64,000 nucleotides of DNA from a candidate division FCPU426 bacterium (lineage in GTDB: Bacteria > Oederibacteriota > Muellerivitia > Muellerivitales > Muellerivitaceae). Shown piece after piece: positions 30,525 through 40,506 of this stretch; position 1 is the first letter of the stretch, and the number at the start of each line of letters is the position of its first letter. The notes under the pieces are model-generated. The model saw only the letters and a program-made list of their open reading frames with translations. It was not told the origin of the DNA and did no database searches. Made by a program: the position numbers and the translations under genes. The DNA lies in assembly GCA_963738405.1 (NCBI GenBank), contig CAVTWJ010000022.1:153717-217716 (forward strand), read 5' to 3'.

Positions 30525-32077
30525 TAGTCTTTCTTCTTTTCGATCCGGGGAAACAGCGGAGACCCCTTGGCGATTTTTTGGCCCACGGAGATCCTTCCCC
30601 ATTCCTCAGTTTCAGAAAGGGAATGCTGATGCACGTCATCGGAAAAGCCCAGCTGTTTCCACATGGAAGACGCCGTGAAGGGCATGAAAGGAGCGATGGC
30701 GATGGCCGTGACCCTCAAGGATTCCATGAGTGAATAGAGGCAGGTGGCCAGCTTAACTTTTCCCGTATCCCCTTCTTTTGCCAGCTTCCAAGGGGAGGTT
30801 TCCTCGATGTACTTGTTGGTCCGCTTAACGTGGTCCCAAGCCGCCCCAAGGGCAGTCGGGAAATCAAAAGTCGTCATGGCCTGCCGGGCCTTGGGAGCGT
30901 AGGCTTTTGCGGTTTCAGCGAGTGATTTTTCCAGATCACCTGCGGGGCCTGGTTGCGGAACCGCTCCCTCGAAATATTTTTCAAGCATGGTCAGCGACCG
31001 GCTGACCAGGTTGCCCAGGTCGTTCGCCAGGTCGCCGTTGAAGCGAAGCTCGAAGGCTTCGATGGTGAAACTTCCGTCCATGCCAAAAACCACTTCCCGC
31101 AAAAGGTAATAGCGAAGGGCGTCAGGCCCGTAGAGGCCGATCAAGTCCATGGGATTCACGACATTACCCAGGCTCTTGGACATCTTTTCCCCGCCCATGT
31201 TGATAAACCCGGTGCCGAACACGCGCTGGGGAAGGGGCTCCCCGGCGGCCATCAGCATCGTCGGCCAGATGGTGGCGTGGAAACGCAATATGTCTTTTCC
31301 GATCAGGTGCACGTCCGCGGGCCAGTACTTTTGGTACTTCTCCCCGTCCGGCCAGCCGAGGGCCGAGATGTAATTGATGAGCGCGTCAAACCAGACATAA
31401 ATGGTGGTTTCTTCCGGAACGGGGGCGGAAATGCCCCATTTGACCGTGGAACGGGTGATAGAAACATCCGCCAGGCCAGGCTGGATGAAGTTATTGACCA
31501 GCTCGTTCTTTCGGCTGGCGGGCTGGACAAAATCGGGGTGGTCGACCAGGTGCTTTTCCAGCTGTTGCTGGAACTTGGACATGGCGAAGAAGTAGTTTTC
31601 TTCTTTTATTTTTTCAACAGGCCTTCCGCAATCCGGACATTTGCCGTCAACCACTTCCGAATCCTGAAGAAACTTCTCATCTGGCAGACAGTACCAGCCC
31701 TCATAGGCGCCCTTGTGGATGAACCCGGCGTCGAGGACCTTTTTGAAGAAGAGCTTGCAGGCGGCCTTATGGTCCTCGTCGGTGGTGCGCACAAACCGGT
31801 CGTTGGAAATACCCAGTCTCACCCAGGCTTCCTTGAACCTTTCCACCACCTGGTCGGCCAATTGTTTGGGCTCCAAGCCCTTTTCCTTGGCCGTTTTGGC
31901 GATCTTTTGTCCGTGCTCGTCGGTTCCGGTCAGGAAGTAAACGTCGTAGCCGTCCATGCGCTTGAAGCGGGCCATGGCGTCCGCCCCCACGGTGCAGTAG
32001 GCGTGGCCGATATGGGGCACGTCGTTGACGTAGTAGATGGGCGTGGTCACATAGAAAGTTTTTTTCACATCGGACAT
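30524..32077 (-). CDS. metG: Methionine--tRNA ligase (short form, no C-terminal tRNA-binding domain)
   Basis: TTPIYYVN..HIGH, GTDEHGQK, YVWFDAL, KMSKS. Confidence 0.96.
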   Translation of the reverse strand: MSDVKKTFYVTTPIYYVNDVPHIGHAYCTVGADAMARFKRMDGYDVYFLTGTDEHGQKIAKTAKEKGLEPKQLADQVVERFKEAWVRLGISNDRFVRTTDEDHKAACKLFFKKVLDAGFIHKGAYEGWYCLPDEKFLQDSEVVDGKCPDCGRPVEKIKEENYFFAMSKFQQQLEKHLVDHPDFVQPASRKNELVNNFIQPGLADVSITRSTVKWGISAPVPEETTIYVWFDALINYISALGWPDGEKYQKYWPADVHLIGKDILRFHATIWPTMLMAAGEPLPQRVFGTGFINMGGEKMSKSLGNVVNPMDLIGLYGPDALRYYLLREVVFGMDGSFTIEAFELRFNGDLANDLGNLVSRSLTMLEKYFEGAVPQPGPAGDLEKSLAETAKAYAPKARQAMTTFDFPTALGAAWDHVKRTNKYIEETSPWKLAKEGDTGKVKLATCLYSLMESLRVTAIAIAPFMPFTASSMWKQLGFSDDVHQHSLSETEEWGRISVGQKIAKGSPLFPRIEKKKD

Positions 32078-32113
32078 GGTAAATTCCTTTTTACAAGGCC
32101 TGGGGGCCGAAAT

Positions 32114-33178
32114 CTAAATAGTGAGTTCCGTTAAAGACCGGTGCTGTATTTCCCCTTTTTGAATCCCTTCCCTGAGTTCCATGAACAAATGATCCAATAT
32201 CATACGGGCCTGGAGATTGGTCGTGATCATTTCCTGATGCCGGGAAAGGCTTTGAAGCACCTCCGCGGGGACCAATTTCCCCCATGCTTTGGGAAGGGGT
32301 GATTCGCCCCCAATGCGGCGGCGCCAAAGATTAGTCCATACCTCGAAGGCCAGAGTCAGCACCTGGGCCTTGCGCTGGGTGGCGGTGCGTTCCAAATCGC
32401 CCAGGATATCCGGTTCCCATTGATCGTATTCGCTGGAGAAGACTAGCCAGCCTTCCTCCGGCCCGGTGAGGACCTGGTCCAAATCAGCTTCGGCCTTATC
32501 CCTGAATTCACGCCAGGGAGGATCCGCTTCCCTGAGGGCTAGGGTGATGGACCCTTGAGCGTTTTGCGCCGCTTCCTCGGCTTCCTTGGCTTTCCAGCCG
32601 TGGCCTTCCACCAGAATTTTTTGAAGAACGGGTTTTGGCAGGGCCCCAAACCGCACCGGACGGCACCGGGAAAGAACGGTGGGAAGCAATCCGCCTTTTT
32701 TTTCCTCGATCAAGATGATCAGGGTATCGCCGGAGGGTTCTTCCAACGTTTTCAAAAGGACGTTTTGCGCCTCGTCATTCATATCCCCCGCCGCGGGGAT
32801 GACCGCGATCTTCAGCGGCGCGGAAAAGGGCGCCTGGGAAAGCTTTTGCGCCAGCAATTTGGCCGTGTTAACGATGATTCCCTGCTTTTTACGGTCTTCC
32901 CCCTCGTCCGACCAGAAAAACTCCCGGTCGACCCAGTAAAGATCGGGGTGGGATTTGGAAAGTACCTGCCGGCAATCCGGACAGCCTGAGCAATTCTCCC
33001 CTTGCCGGCAAAAGAGCATCCGGGCCAAGGCCAAAGCATGGGTCTTTTTGCCGACGCCCTTGGGGCCAGTCCAGAGAAAGCTTTGAACCCCGCCCCGGGT
33101 TTTCAAGGCTAGAAGGAGTTTTTTGGCTTCCAGTTGGGAATTAAGTTTTTCAAGCCGGGGAACGATGAAGTCAGCCAT
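32114..33178 (-). CDS. holB: DNA polymerase III delta' subunit
   Basis: GPKGVGK, Cys cluster, HPDL, NVLLKTLEEP, LLPTVLSRC; tmk-holB-metG order. Confidence 0.88.
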   Translation of the reverse strand: MADFIVPRLEKLNSQLEAKKLLLALKTRGGVQSFLWTGPKGVGKKTHALALARMLFCRQGENCSGCPDCRQVLSKSHPDLYWVDREFFWSDEGEDRKKQGIIVNTAKLLAQKLSQAPFSAPLKIAVIPAAGDMNDEAQNVLLKTLEEPSGDTLIILIEEKKGGLLPTVLSRCRPVRFGALPKPVLQKILVEGHGWKAKEAEEAAQNAQGSITLALREADPPWREFRDKAEADLDQVLTGPEEGWLVFSSEYDQWEPDILGDLERTATQRKAQVLTLAFEVWTNLWRRRIGGESPLPKAWGKLVPAEVLQSLSRHQEMITTNLQARMILDHLFMELREGIQKGEIQHRSLTELTI

Positions 33179-33839
33179 GGAGTCCCTTCTTTATTTTTCC
33201 GCTCCAGGGTTGGGGCAAGCGCTTTGCGAGACCCCGTACCAAATCGCTGAAAACCTCTTCCTGGCTTTTTTGCGAATCCAAAATCAAAAACCGCTTGGGT
33301 TCTTGTTGGGCGATTCGCAGGAAGGTTTTGCGGACCTTTTCGTGAAAGGAAAGGGGTTCCTTTTCCATACGATCCTTTCGGCCCTTCGAGGCCTCGGCCC
33401 TTTTCAAGCCCAGGGCGACGGGCACGTCAAAAAGCACGGTCAGGCGTGGCTTTAAATTGCCAACTGCCGTTTGGTTCATTTGTTTCAAGAGAGCCATCGA
33501 AAAACCCCTTCCGCCGCCCTGGTAGGCCAGGGTGGAATCCACATAGCGGTCGCTAATGACCAGTTTGCCTTGTTTCAAATGGGGTCGGAGAACTTCCAGC
33601 ACATGCTGGGTCCGGTCGGCGAGAAAGAGGAAAAGTTCCGCTTCGGGGCTTAATTCGTAGTCCGATTGTTCCAAGAGCCAGTGGCGCAGGTAAGTGTTAA
33701 GTTTGGAACCGCCCGGCTCCCGCGTGGTGGTGAAGGGAACACGGTTTTGCTTGAGAAATTCGGCCAAAAGCCTCAGTTGGGTGGTTTTACCCGACCCCTC
33801 CGGCCCCTCGAAGGTGATGAACAATCCCCCGCTTTTCAT
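33171..33839 (-). CDS. tmk: Thymidylate kinase
   Basis: FITFEGPEGSGKTTQ, REPGG, DRYVDSTLAYQG. Confidence 0.95.
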   Translation of the reverse strand: MKSGGLFITFEGPEGSGKTTQLRLLAEFLKQNRVPFTTTREPGGSKLNTYLRHWLLEQSDYELSPEAELFLFLADRTQHVLEVLRPHLKQGKLVISDRYVDSTLAYQGGGRGFSMALLKQMNQTAVGNLKPRLTVLFDVPVALGLKRAEASKGRKDRMEKEPLSFHEKVRKTFLRIAQQEPKRFLILDSQKSQEEVFSDLVRGLAKRLPQPWSGKIKKGLHG

Positions 33840-33894
33840 GCCTTGCGCTCCACGAATGGTTTCCAGGGCTGGCAATATAACATAACCGCCCCCC

Positions 33895-33933
33895 AAACAA
33901 AAAAGCCCCGCACCCTTGCGGGATGCGGGGCTT
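33895..33933 (-). terminator. Intrinsic terminator after rplL
   Basis: AAGCCCCGCA...TGCGGGGCTT stem followed by a T-run on the minus strand. Confidence 0.85.
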
Positions 33934-33947
33934 CAAAGGCGAAACGA

Positions 33948-34322
33948 CTACTTCACTTCCAGCTCGGCTCCGCTCTCCTTGAACTTGGCGACGATGCCGT
34001 CGGCCTCGGCCTTGGAGACGCCGCTCTTGACCGGCTTAGGGGCTCCATCGACCAGATCCTTGGCTTCCTTCAAGCCAAGACCGGTGACTTCGCGGACAAC
34101 CTTGATGACGCCGATCTTGTTGGCGCCAGCGGCCTTCAGGATCACGTCGAAGGCGGTCTTTTCTTCGGCAGCGGCGGCGGCAGGCCCGGCTGTGGCAGCA
34201 GCGGCGGGGGCGGCGGCCGAGACGCCGAACTTGGTCTCGAGAGCCTTCACCAGCTCGCTCAATTCCAGCACGCTCATCTGTTCGATGGCAGCGATAAACT
34301 CGTCTTTCGTCATAGTAGGCAT
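33948..34322 (-). CDS. rplL: 50S ribosomal protein L7/L12
   Basis: KFGVSAAAP hinge, [19 protein letters not shown]. Confidence 0.97.
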   Translation of the reverse strand: MPTMTKDEFIAAIEQMSVLELSELVKALETKFGVSAAAPAAAATAGPAAAAAEEKTAFDVILKAAGANKIGVIKVVREVTGLGLKEAKDLVDGAPKPVKSGVSKAEADGIVAKFKESGAELEVK

Positions 34323-34385
34323 TTGAATCTTCCTCCAATTTGGTTTGCTTGTATCCCCTTGTGGGGGAGATGTGAGTATTGAAGC

Positions 34386-34943
34386 TTAGGCGGTTTTGGC
34401 CTTGGCTTCCTTGACAGCGTTGAGTGCGTACACCATCTTGCGTATCGGGCCTGCCAGCACCTGAACGATGCCCGAGATGGGCGCCTTCATGCTGCCCAGG
34501 GCCTTCGCCAGTAGAACTTCGCGGCTCGGCAGATTCGCCAAGGCCTTGATGTCCTGAACGGTGATCTTGCGGCCATCCATCCAGCCGCCTCGAAGCACCA
34601 GCTTCGCGTGATCCTTCCCGAACTTGCTCAAAACCCTCGCCGGAGCCACCGCGTCATCCATCGCCAAAGCGATGGCCGTGGGGCCCACCAAAAGATCGTC
34701 CAAAACCGTGATGTTGGCCTGGTTCAAGGCCAGCCTCGCCAGGTTGTTCTTGACGACGTGATATTCCACCTTGGCGTGAAAAAGCTGGGCCCTCAACTGC
34801 GTGACCTCTTCCACCGTCAATCCGGAGTAACCCGTGACGACGGCCGATTTGGAGGACTTCACCTTCTCCAGGAACTCTTGGACCACCTTGATCTTTTCGG
34901 GTCTGGGTTCGCGTTTCGTTGTTTCTTTCAAATATTTCACCAC
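34386..34943 (-). CDS. rplJ: 50S ribosomal protein L10
   Basis: YSGLTV, VVKNNL, GPTAIA, LANLPSRE. Confidence 0.95.
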   Translation of the reverse strand: MVKYLKETTKREPRPEKIKVVQEFLEKVKSSKSAVVTGYSGLTVEEVTQLRAQLFHAKVEYHVVKNNLARLALNQANITVLDDLLVGPTAIALAMDDAVAPARVLSKFGKDHAKLVLRGGWMDGRKITVQDIKALANLPSREVLLAKALGSMKAPISGIVQVLAGPIRKMVYALNAVKEAKAKTA

Positions 34944-34978
34944 CCTTCGTTCTTAAAAATGTTGACCGGGACAGGGGG

Positions 34979-35017
34979 AAAAAGAAAACCCCTCGTCCGA
35001 AACGACCGGACGAGGGG
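34979..35017 (-). terminator. Terminator/attenuator hairpin in the rplJ leader
   Basis: Minus strand CCCCTCGTCCG-7 nt-CGGACGAGGGG then TTTTCTTTTT, between the L10 leader and the rplJ start. Confidence 0.75.
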
Positions 35018-35045
35018 TAAGGGGAAAACCTTAATCCTCGAAAAT

Positions 35046-35130
35046 CCGGACCGTCTCGGCAGGCAACCATTAAGCCCCGAACCCAAAACTTACTTGCGAT
35101 TCAAGGCGCCTGCTGTCTTCGATGGCCGGC
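35046..35130 (-). ncRNA. L10 ribosomal protein leader (cis-regulatory RNA)
   Basis: Minus strand CGAAGACAGCAGG...CTTAA...CCTGCCGAGACGG upstream of rplJ, matching the L10-leader pattern. Confidence 0.85.
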
Positions 35131-35236
35131 AAAGGAAGCAAAAAAACAGCTTCACTTCACCGCCCCAGGATTCTCGCGAAAGCCGGGGCTAACAACTTGT
35201 CCTTCTTCTGCCCCCCGAAAGGGGGAACATAAAAAA

Positions 35237-35953
35237 TCAGTTCTGGTTCTTCGAAGCCGCCTTCATGAATTCAGAAGGATCGACCTTGATGCCGGGGCCC
35301 ATGCTGGAGCTTAAATAAGCCGAAACCAGATAGGTACCCTTGGCCGCAGCGGGCTTGACCGCTACCAGCGTACGGAACAACGTTTCCGCGTTTTCCTTGA
35401 TTTGAGCTTCTTCGAATTTGATCTTTCCGATTCCGGTGTGGCAGATGCCCTGATCGTCCACGCGGTATTCGATCTTACCGGCCTTGATTTCCTTGACCGC
35501 CCGGCCCACATCCGCAGTCACGGTGCCTGCCTTGGGGTTGGGCATGAGGCCCTTGGGGCCCAGAACCTTACCCAGTTTACCGGCTTCACGCATGATATCC
35601 GGGGTAGCCACCAGGACGTCGAAATCCAGAAAGCCCCCGGCGATTTTTTCAACCAATTCAGTGTCCCCGGCAAAATCGGCGCCGGCCGCTTCCGCTTCCT
35701 TCACCTTTTCGCCCTTGGCCAGAACGCAGACCCGGAGGGTCTTGCCCGTACCGTGGGGCAGGCTGACGGTTCCCCGCACCTGCTGGTCGGCCTTTTTAGG
35801 GTCCACACCCAGCATGATATGAAGTTCGACGGTTTCGTTAAATTTGGCTGGGGCTGTTTTTTTCAGAAGGGCGACCGCCTCACCCAATGGGTAGGCTTTG
35901 GTCTTATCGATCATCTCGTCGTTTTTACGGACCCGCTTGCTGGCTTTCTTCAT
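35237..35953 (-). CDS. rplA: 50S ribosomal protein L1
   Basis: [33 protein letters not shown]. Start MKKASK after GGAGG. Confidence 0.97.
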   Translation of the reverse strand: MKKASKRVRKNDEMIDKTKAYPLGEAVALLKKTAPAKFNETVELHIMLGVDPKKADQQVRGTVSLPHGTGKTLRVCVLAKGEKVKEAEAAGADFAGDTELVEKIAGGFLDFDVLVATPDIMREAGKLGKVLGPKGLMPNPKAGTVTADVGRAVKEIKAGKIEYRVDDQGICHTGIGKIKFEEAQIKENAETLFRTLVAVKPAAAKGTYLVSAYLSSSMGPGIKVDPSEFMKAASKNQN

Positions 35954-35964
35954 CTTTACCTCCC

Positions 35965-36002
35965 GTGGTGCAAACGCGCCGTCCAAAGGACGAGGCTCCC
36001 AC
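35965..36002 (-). promoter_or_regulatory. Putative L1-binding mRNA structure before rplA
   Basis: Minus strand GTGGGAG...(hairpin)...ACCAC immediately before the rplA RBS. Confidence 0.65.
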
Positions 36003-36037
36003 AGTTAATTTATTTTGAGCCCCGAAGGGCTCCCATC

Positions 36038-36463
36038 TTACTTCGTGATTTCAATCCCCATGCTGCGGGCGGTTCCTTCCACCATGCGCATGGCGGAGTC
36101 TAATTTTTGGGCGTTCAAATCCGGCATCTTGGTCTTGGCAATTTCCTCGACCTGCTTGAGGGTAACCTTGGCCACCTTTTGCTTGTTAGGCACCGGGGAA
36201 CCCTTGGCAAGACCCGCCGCCTTCAAGAGGAGAACCGAGGCCGGGGGCGTCTTGGTGATAAACGTAAAGGAACGGTCTTTATAGATGGAGATGACGACCG
36301 GAATGATCAACCCGTCTTGCTTCTGGGTCGCCGCGTTGAACTGCTTGCAGAATTCCATGATATTCACGCCGTGCTGGCCCAAAGCGGGCCCGACCGGGGG
36401 AGCGGGATTCGCTTTGCCCGCAGGGATCTGCAACTTCACCATCGCCGTCATTTCTTTCGCCAT
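36038..36463 (-). CDS. rplK: 50S ribosomal protein L11
   Basis: [22 protein letters not shown]. Confidence 0.97.
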   Translation of the reverse strand: MAKEMTAMVKLQIPAGKANPAPPVGPALGQHGVNIMEFCKQFNAATQKQDGLIIPVVISIYKDRSFTFITKTPPASVLLLKAAGLAKGSPVPNKQKVAKVTLKQVEEIAKTKMPDLNAQKLDSAMRMVEGTARSMGIEITK

Positions 36464-36518
36464 GCCTTTTTCCTTCTACTTTCTTACCCAGGGTTTCCCG
36501 CCGGGATATTCATCTGTT

Positions 36519-37049
36519 CTATTCCTTCTCGATTTGGTGGTATTCCAGCTCCACCGGGGTTTGGCGGCCAAAAATGGTCACCATGACCTTCACGCGTTCC
36601 CGCTCAGGGTTAATATCCTCGACCGAACCCGAGAAGTTGGAGAAGGGGCCGTCCATGACCTTCACCAGGTCGCCCTTTTCAAACTGGCTCTTCAGGGCCC
36701 GGCGCTCGCGGCGCTTGCCGATATGTTCCAGAATGGCCGTAACTTCCTCGTCCGGCAGGGGAATGGGCGTGTTGCCCGACCCCACGAAGCTGGTGACTTT
36801 GGGCGTATTGCGCACTACCGACCAGGAATTCTCGTCCATATCCATTTCCACCAGGATATATCCTGGGAAAAACTTCTTGTTGGTCACCCGTTTCTTCCCA
36901 TTGCGGGTCTCGGTGACCTCTTCCGAGGGAATCAAGATCTGGAAGATTTTGTCTTCCATATTCATACTTTTAATTCTGTTTTCGAGGTTGGTTTTTACCT
37001 TGGCCTCGTAACCCGAATAGGTGTTGATGACGTACCAGCGCTTGGACAT
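36519..37049 (-). CDS. nusG: Transcription termination/antitermination factor NusG
   Basis: [23 protein letters not shown] motif, [10 protein letters not shown]. Confidence 0.97.
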   Translation of the reverse strand: MSKRWYVINTYSGYEAKVKTNLENRIKSMNMEDKIFQILIPSEEVTETRNGKKRVTNKKFFPGYILVEMDMDENSWSVVRNTPKVTSFVGSGNTPIPLPDEEVTAILEHIGKRRERRALKSQFEKGDLVKVMDGPFSNFSGSVEDINPERERVKVMVTIFGRQTPVELEYHQIEKE

Positions 37050-37072
37050 GCGGCTTAAATCCTCTCTTTATC

Positions 37073-37258
37073 TTACTTAATGATGAGCTTCATCAGGCTG
37101 CTGATGATGAGGTCATAAACGGCCAATAGCACCATAATAAAGAAAATGGTGACACAAACCACGGTCGTTGATCCCTTGATATCCTCCACGGTGGGCCAAG
37201 AAATCTTTTTAAATTCCGATTTGGCCTCGGAGAAGAACTGTTTCAATTGTTCAATCAT
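37073..37258 (-). CDS. secE: Preprotein translocase subunit SecE
   Basis: EFKKISWP plus a single TM segment; located before nusG. Confidence 0.92.
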   Translation of the reverse strand: MIEQLKQFFSEAKSEFKKISWPTVEDIKGSTTVVCVTIFFIMVLLAVYDLIISSLMKLIIK

Positions 37259-37287
37259 TCAAACCCCAAACCCTTCGGTCATCCGTA

Positions 37288-37363
37288 TGGCAGGGCAGGC
37301 AGGATTCGAACCTGCAACGCGCGGTTTTGGAGACCGCCGCTCTACCATTAGAGCTACTGCCCT
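37288..37363 (-). tRNA. tRNA-Trp (CCA)
   Basis: 76-nt cloverleaf AGGGCAG...CTCCAAA...GGTTCGAATCC...CTGCCCTGCCA. Confidence 0.96.
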
Positions 37364-37408
37364 TCGAGTGGAACCCTGCCCCATCAGGGGCGGGCCCCGG
37401 GATTACCC

Positions 37409-37558
37409 CTACTTGGTTTCCTTGTGCAATGTGTGCTTGCGGCACCACCGGCAATACTTCTTGATTTCAATCTTGTTTGGCTTTTTCCGCTTGTCGCGCG
37501 TCTTATCGTAGTTGCGGCGTTTGCATTCCGAGCAAGCCAAGGTAATTTGTTCACGCAT
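37409..37558 (-). CDS. rpmG: 50S ribosomal protein L33 (Zn-ribbon form)
   Basis: Below the ORF-track cutoff. Manual translation: [49 protein letters not shown]. Confidence 0.95.
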   Translation of the reverse strand: MREQITLACSECKRRNYDKTRDKRKKPNKIEIKKYCRWCRKHTLHKETK

Positions 37559-37584
37559 GAGGCATTCTTCCTTCGGTTACTGTT

Positions 37585-38775
37585 CTATTCTATGATTTCG
37601 GTTACAACTCCGGCGCCCACGGTGTGTCCGCCTTCCCGGATGGCAAACCGTAGTTCTTTCTCCATCGCCACCGGTACGATCAACTCAATCTCCATCGTGA
37701 TATTGTCGCCTGGCATGCACATTTCCGTCCCGCCCGGCAACTGCACACTCCCCGTCACGTCCGTCGTACGGAAGAAGAATTGCGGCTTGTACCCGTTGAA
37801 AAATGGCGTGTGCCGGCCACCCTCTTCCTTCGTCAAAACGTACACTTCGCCCTTGAACTTCTTGTGCGGATTAATCGACTTCGGCTTCGCCAGCACCTGG
37901 CCCCGCTCGATGTCTTTCTTGTCCACGCCACGGAGCAGGGCTCCGATGTTGTCTCCTGCCTGCGCGTCATCCAGCAGTTTCCGGAACATTTCCACGCCCG
38001 TCACCACTGACTCACGCGTCGGCTTAATTCCCACGATTTCAACCGCGTCCCCGACCTTCACCTTTCCGCGTTCCACGCGGCCTGTCGCCACGGTTCCGCG
38101 GCCAGTGATCAAGAACACGTCCTCTACCGCCATCAAAAAGTCCTTGTCCACATCACGCTTCGGCTCCGGTACATAGCTGTCCACCGCATCCATCAACTGA
38201 AAGATGGCCTTTTCACCCATATCGCTCGTATCGCCATCCAAGGCTTTCGTCGCCGATCCCTTGATCACAGGCGTCTTGTCCCCGGGGAATCCGTACTTGG
38301 TCAGGAGATCCCTGACTTCCACTTCCACCAGTTCCAACAGTTCCGCGTCGTCCACCATGTCGCACTTGTTCAAAAACACCACGATATAGGGCACACCCAC
38401 TTGGCGGGCCAACAGAATATGCTCTCTCGTCTGGGGCATGGGGCCGTCGGCCGCCGATACCACCAATATCGCTCCGTCCATCTGCGCCGCACCGGTGACC
38501 ATGTTCTTGATATAGTCCGCGTGACCCGGGCAGTCCACGTGAGCGTAATGCCTCTTCTCGGTCTGGTATTCCACGTGCGACGTATTGATCGTCACACCGC
38601 GTTCCCTTTCCTCGGGGGCGTTGTCGATATCTGCGTATCCCTTAGCCGTTGCCCAGCCCTTCTTCGACAGCACCGTCGTGATGGCCGCCGTCAAGGTCGT
38701 CTTTCCGTGGTCCACGTGTCCGATCGTTCCGATATTCACATGCGGCTTCGACCTTACGAATTTTTCCTTCGACAT
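37585..38775 (-). CDS. tuf: Elongation factor Tu
   Basis: [39 protein letters not shown]. Confidence 0.98.
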   Translation of the reverse strand: MSKEKFVRSKPHVNIGTIGHVDHGKTTLTAAITTVLSKKGWATAKGYADIDNAPEERERGVTINTSHVEYQTEKRHYAHVDCPGHADYIKNMVTGAAQMDGAILVVSAADGPMPQTREHILLARQVGVPYIVVFLNKCDMVDDAELLELVEVEVRDLLTKYGFPGDKTPVIKGSATKALDGDTSDMGEKAIFQLMDAVDSYVPEPKRDVDKDFLMAVEDVFLITGRGTVATGRVERGKVKVGDAVEIVGIKPTRESVVTGVEMFRKLLDDAQAGDNIGALLRGVDKKDIERGQVLAKPKSINPHKKFKGEVYVLTKEEGGRHTPFFNGYKPQFFFRTTDVTGSVQLPGGTEMCMPGDNITMEIELIVPVAMEKELRFAIREGGHTVGAGVVTEIIE

Positions 38776-38825
38776 CGTTTCTTCCTCCAAGCCAAAAGGT
38801 TTAAGACTGGGCAACAAGCTAATGA

Positions 38826-38901
<76 letters not shown>

Positions 38902-38923
38902 GGGGGTTATTGCAAGAGGGAGT

Positions 38924-38951
38924 ATTTTACGTTTCGAAACTCCCCTGTCAA
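38924..38951 (-). promoter_or_regulatory. Sigma70 promoter for tRNA-Thr-tuf
   Basis: Minus strand TTGACA-16 nt-TAAAAT. Confidence 0.7.
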
Positions 38952-39012
38952 GAAAAAGCGGGTCAAAAGTGGGCGATTTTCCCTGGCTTTCCCGGTTCGG
39001 ATGAAGGCTTTT

Positions 39013-40422
39013 CTATTTTCGCTTACCCGATCGGCCGTGAGGGTCCACCAGCTTTTCCAGGCTCACCGAACGTCCGTATTGTTCCTCGGTCAAAATTTTC
39101 TTTTCCAGCACCACCTGTTTGACCGTTTTCCCTTCTTTCAACGCAGCTTTGACCACCTCCGCGGCCTTCTCATAACCAATCACCGGGTTCAAGGCCGCTG
39201 CCACTTGAGTGCTTTGATCGGCATATTGAAGACAACGCACCTCATCGGCTTTAACACCCGAAACGCACTTTTCCTCAAAAACCTTCAACATATTTGTCAT
39301 CAAAAGGATTTCCTGATTCAAGTTGTAGGCTAGGACGGGCATCATGACGTTGAGTTCCATTTGGCCAGCCTGAGCTGCGAAAGCCACTGTCGTGTCGTGA
39401 CCCAGCACTTGGTAGCAGACCATATTCAGGCACTCGGCCATCACAGGGTTCACCTTTCCCGGCATGATAGAGGATCCAGGCTGCATCACCGGAAGCAGGA
39501 TCTCGCCAAAACCTGTAGCTGGCCCGCTAGTCATGAGACGGAAGTCATTGGCAATTCTAGTGAGATCCAAGGCCAGGCTGCGAAAGGCGTTCGACAGGGA
39601 AACCGCAGGCGTCAGGCTTTGCATAGCCTCGAAAAGGTCCGGGTGGGGGGTGAGCTTGAGTCCGGTCTGCTGGGAAAGCAGAACCGCCATCACCTTACAG
39701 TAGTCCTTGTGGGTATTCAGGCCCGTGCCGACCGCCGAACCGCCAATCCCCAGTTCCCGCAAGTCCTCGGAAGCCCGTTCGATGCGCTTGCCGTGTCTTT
39801 CGAGATTTTCTCCGTAGGCGTTAAATTCCTGGCCCAGGGTCATGAGGGCCGCGTCCTGCAAATGAGTCCTTCCCGATTTATATACCTTTCGGAATTCCTT
39901 TCCCTTGTGTCGGAAGGCCGCGGCCAGTTTTTTGAGAACCGGCAGAAAATCCCGCGTCAACAAAAGACCTGAAAGCCGGATGGCTGTGGGGATGACATCA
40001 TTCGTGGACTGTCCCATATTCACATGGTCGTTGGGATGGACAAGCTTGTAGTCGCCCCGCTTGCCTTTAAGGATCTCGATGGCGCGGTTGGCCAAAACCT
40101 CGTTGGTGTTCATGTTATGGCTGGTTCCGGCCCCGGCCTGGTAGACATCCACGACAAAGTGATCGAGCCACTTCCCTTCTTCTAATATCTCATCCGCGGC
40201 TTTCACGATGGCTTCGGCCTTTTTTTTGTCCAGCATCCCCGCCTTGCCATGAAACCGGGCGGCGGCTTTTTTAATGTGGACCGTGGCTTCGATAAAGACC
40301 CGGTGGGGCTTGATGCCGCTAATGGGGAAATTCTCGACGGCCCGTTGGGCCTGGACGCCCCAAAGGGCTTCCACGGGAACTTTCAATTCTCCGATAGAGT
40401 CATGCTCAATACGAAATTCCAT
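39013..40422 (-). CDS. aspA: Aspartate ammonia-lyase / class II fumarase family
   Basis: GTSHNMNTNEV, QSTND, GRTHLQDA, GSSIMPGKVNP; AspA versus FumC not resolved. Confidence 0.75.
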   Translation of the reverse strand: MEFRIEHDSIGELKVPVEALWGVQAQRAVENFPISGIKPHRVFIEATVHIKKAAARFHGKAGMLDKKKAEAIVKAADEILEEGKWLDHFVVDVYQAGAGTSHNMNTNEVLANRAIEILKGKRGDYKLVHPNDHVNMGQSTNDVIPTAIRLSGLLLTRDFLPVLKKLAAAFRHKGKEFRKVYKSGRTHLQDAALMTLGQEFNAYGENLERHGKRIERASEDLRELGIGGSAVGTGLNTHKDYCKVMAVLLSQQTGLKLTPHPDLFEAMQSLTPAVSLSNAFRSLALDLTRIANDFRLMTSGPATGFGEILLPVMQPGSSIMPGKVNPVMAECLNMVCYQVLGHDTTVAFAAQAGQMELNVMMPVLAYNLNQEILLMTNMLKVFEEKCVSGVKADEVRCLQYADQSTQVAAALNPVIGYEKAAEVVKAALKEGKTVKQVVLEKKILTEEQYGRSVSLEKLVDPHGRSGKRK

Positions 40423-40506
40423 AAATTCCTCCCAATGCGGCTTTGAGTTTTCTGATTTTTAATAATCAGGCGGGCGCAATAGGAAAACTCGCCCTCCCAA
40501 CGCCGA

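Noticed and set aside
30953..32134. Long antisense ORFs opposite metG (and opposite trpB, GH5, rplA, nusG, tuf, mlaF)
   Set aside because: Shadow frames expected from codon bias; no recognisable motifs.
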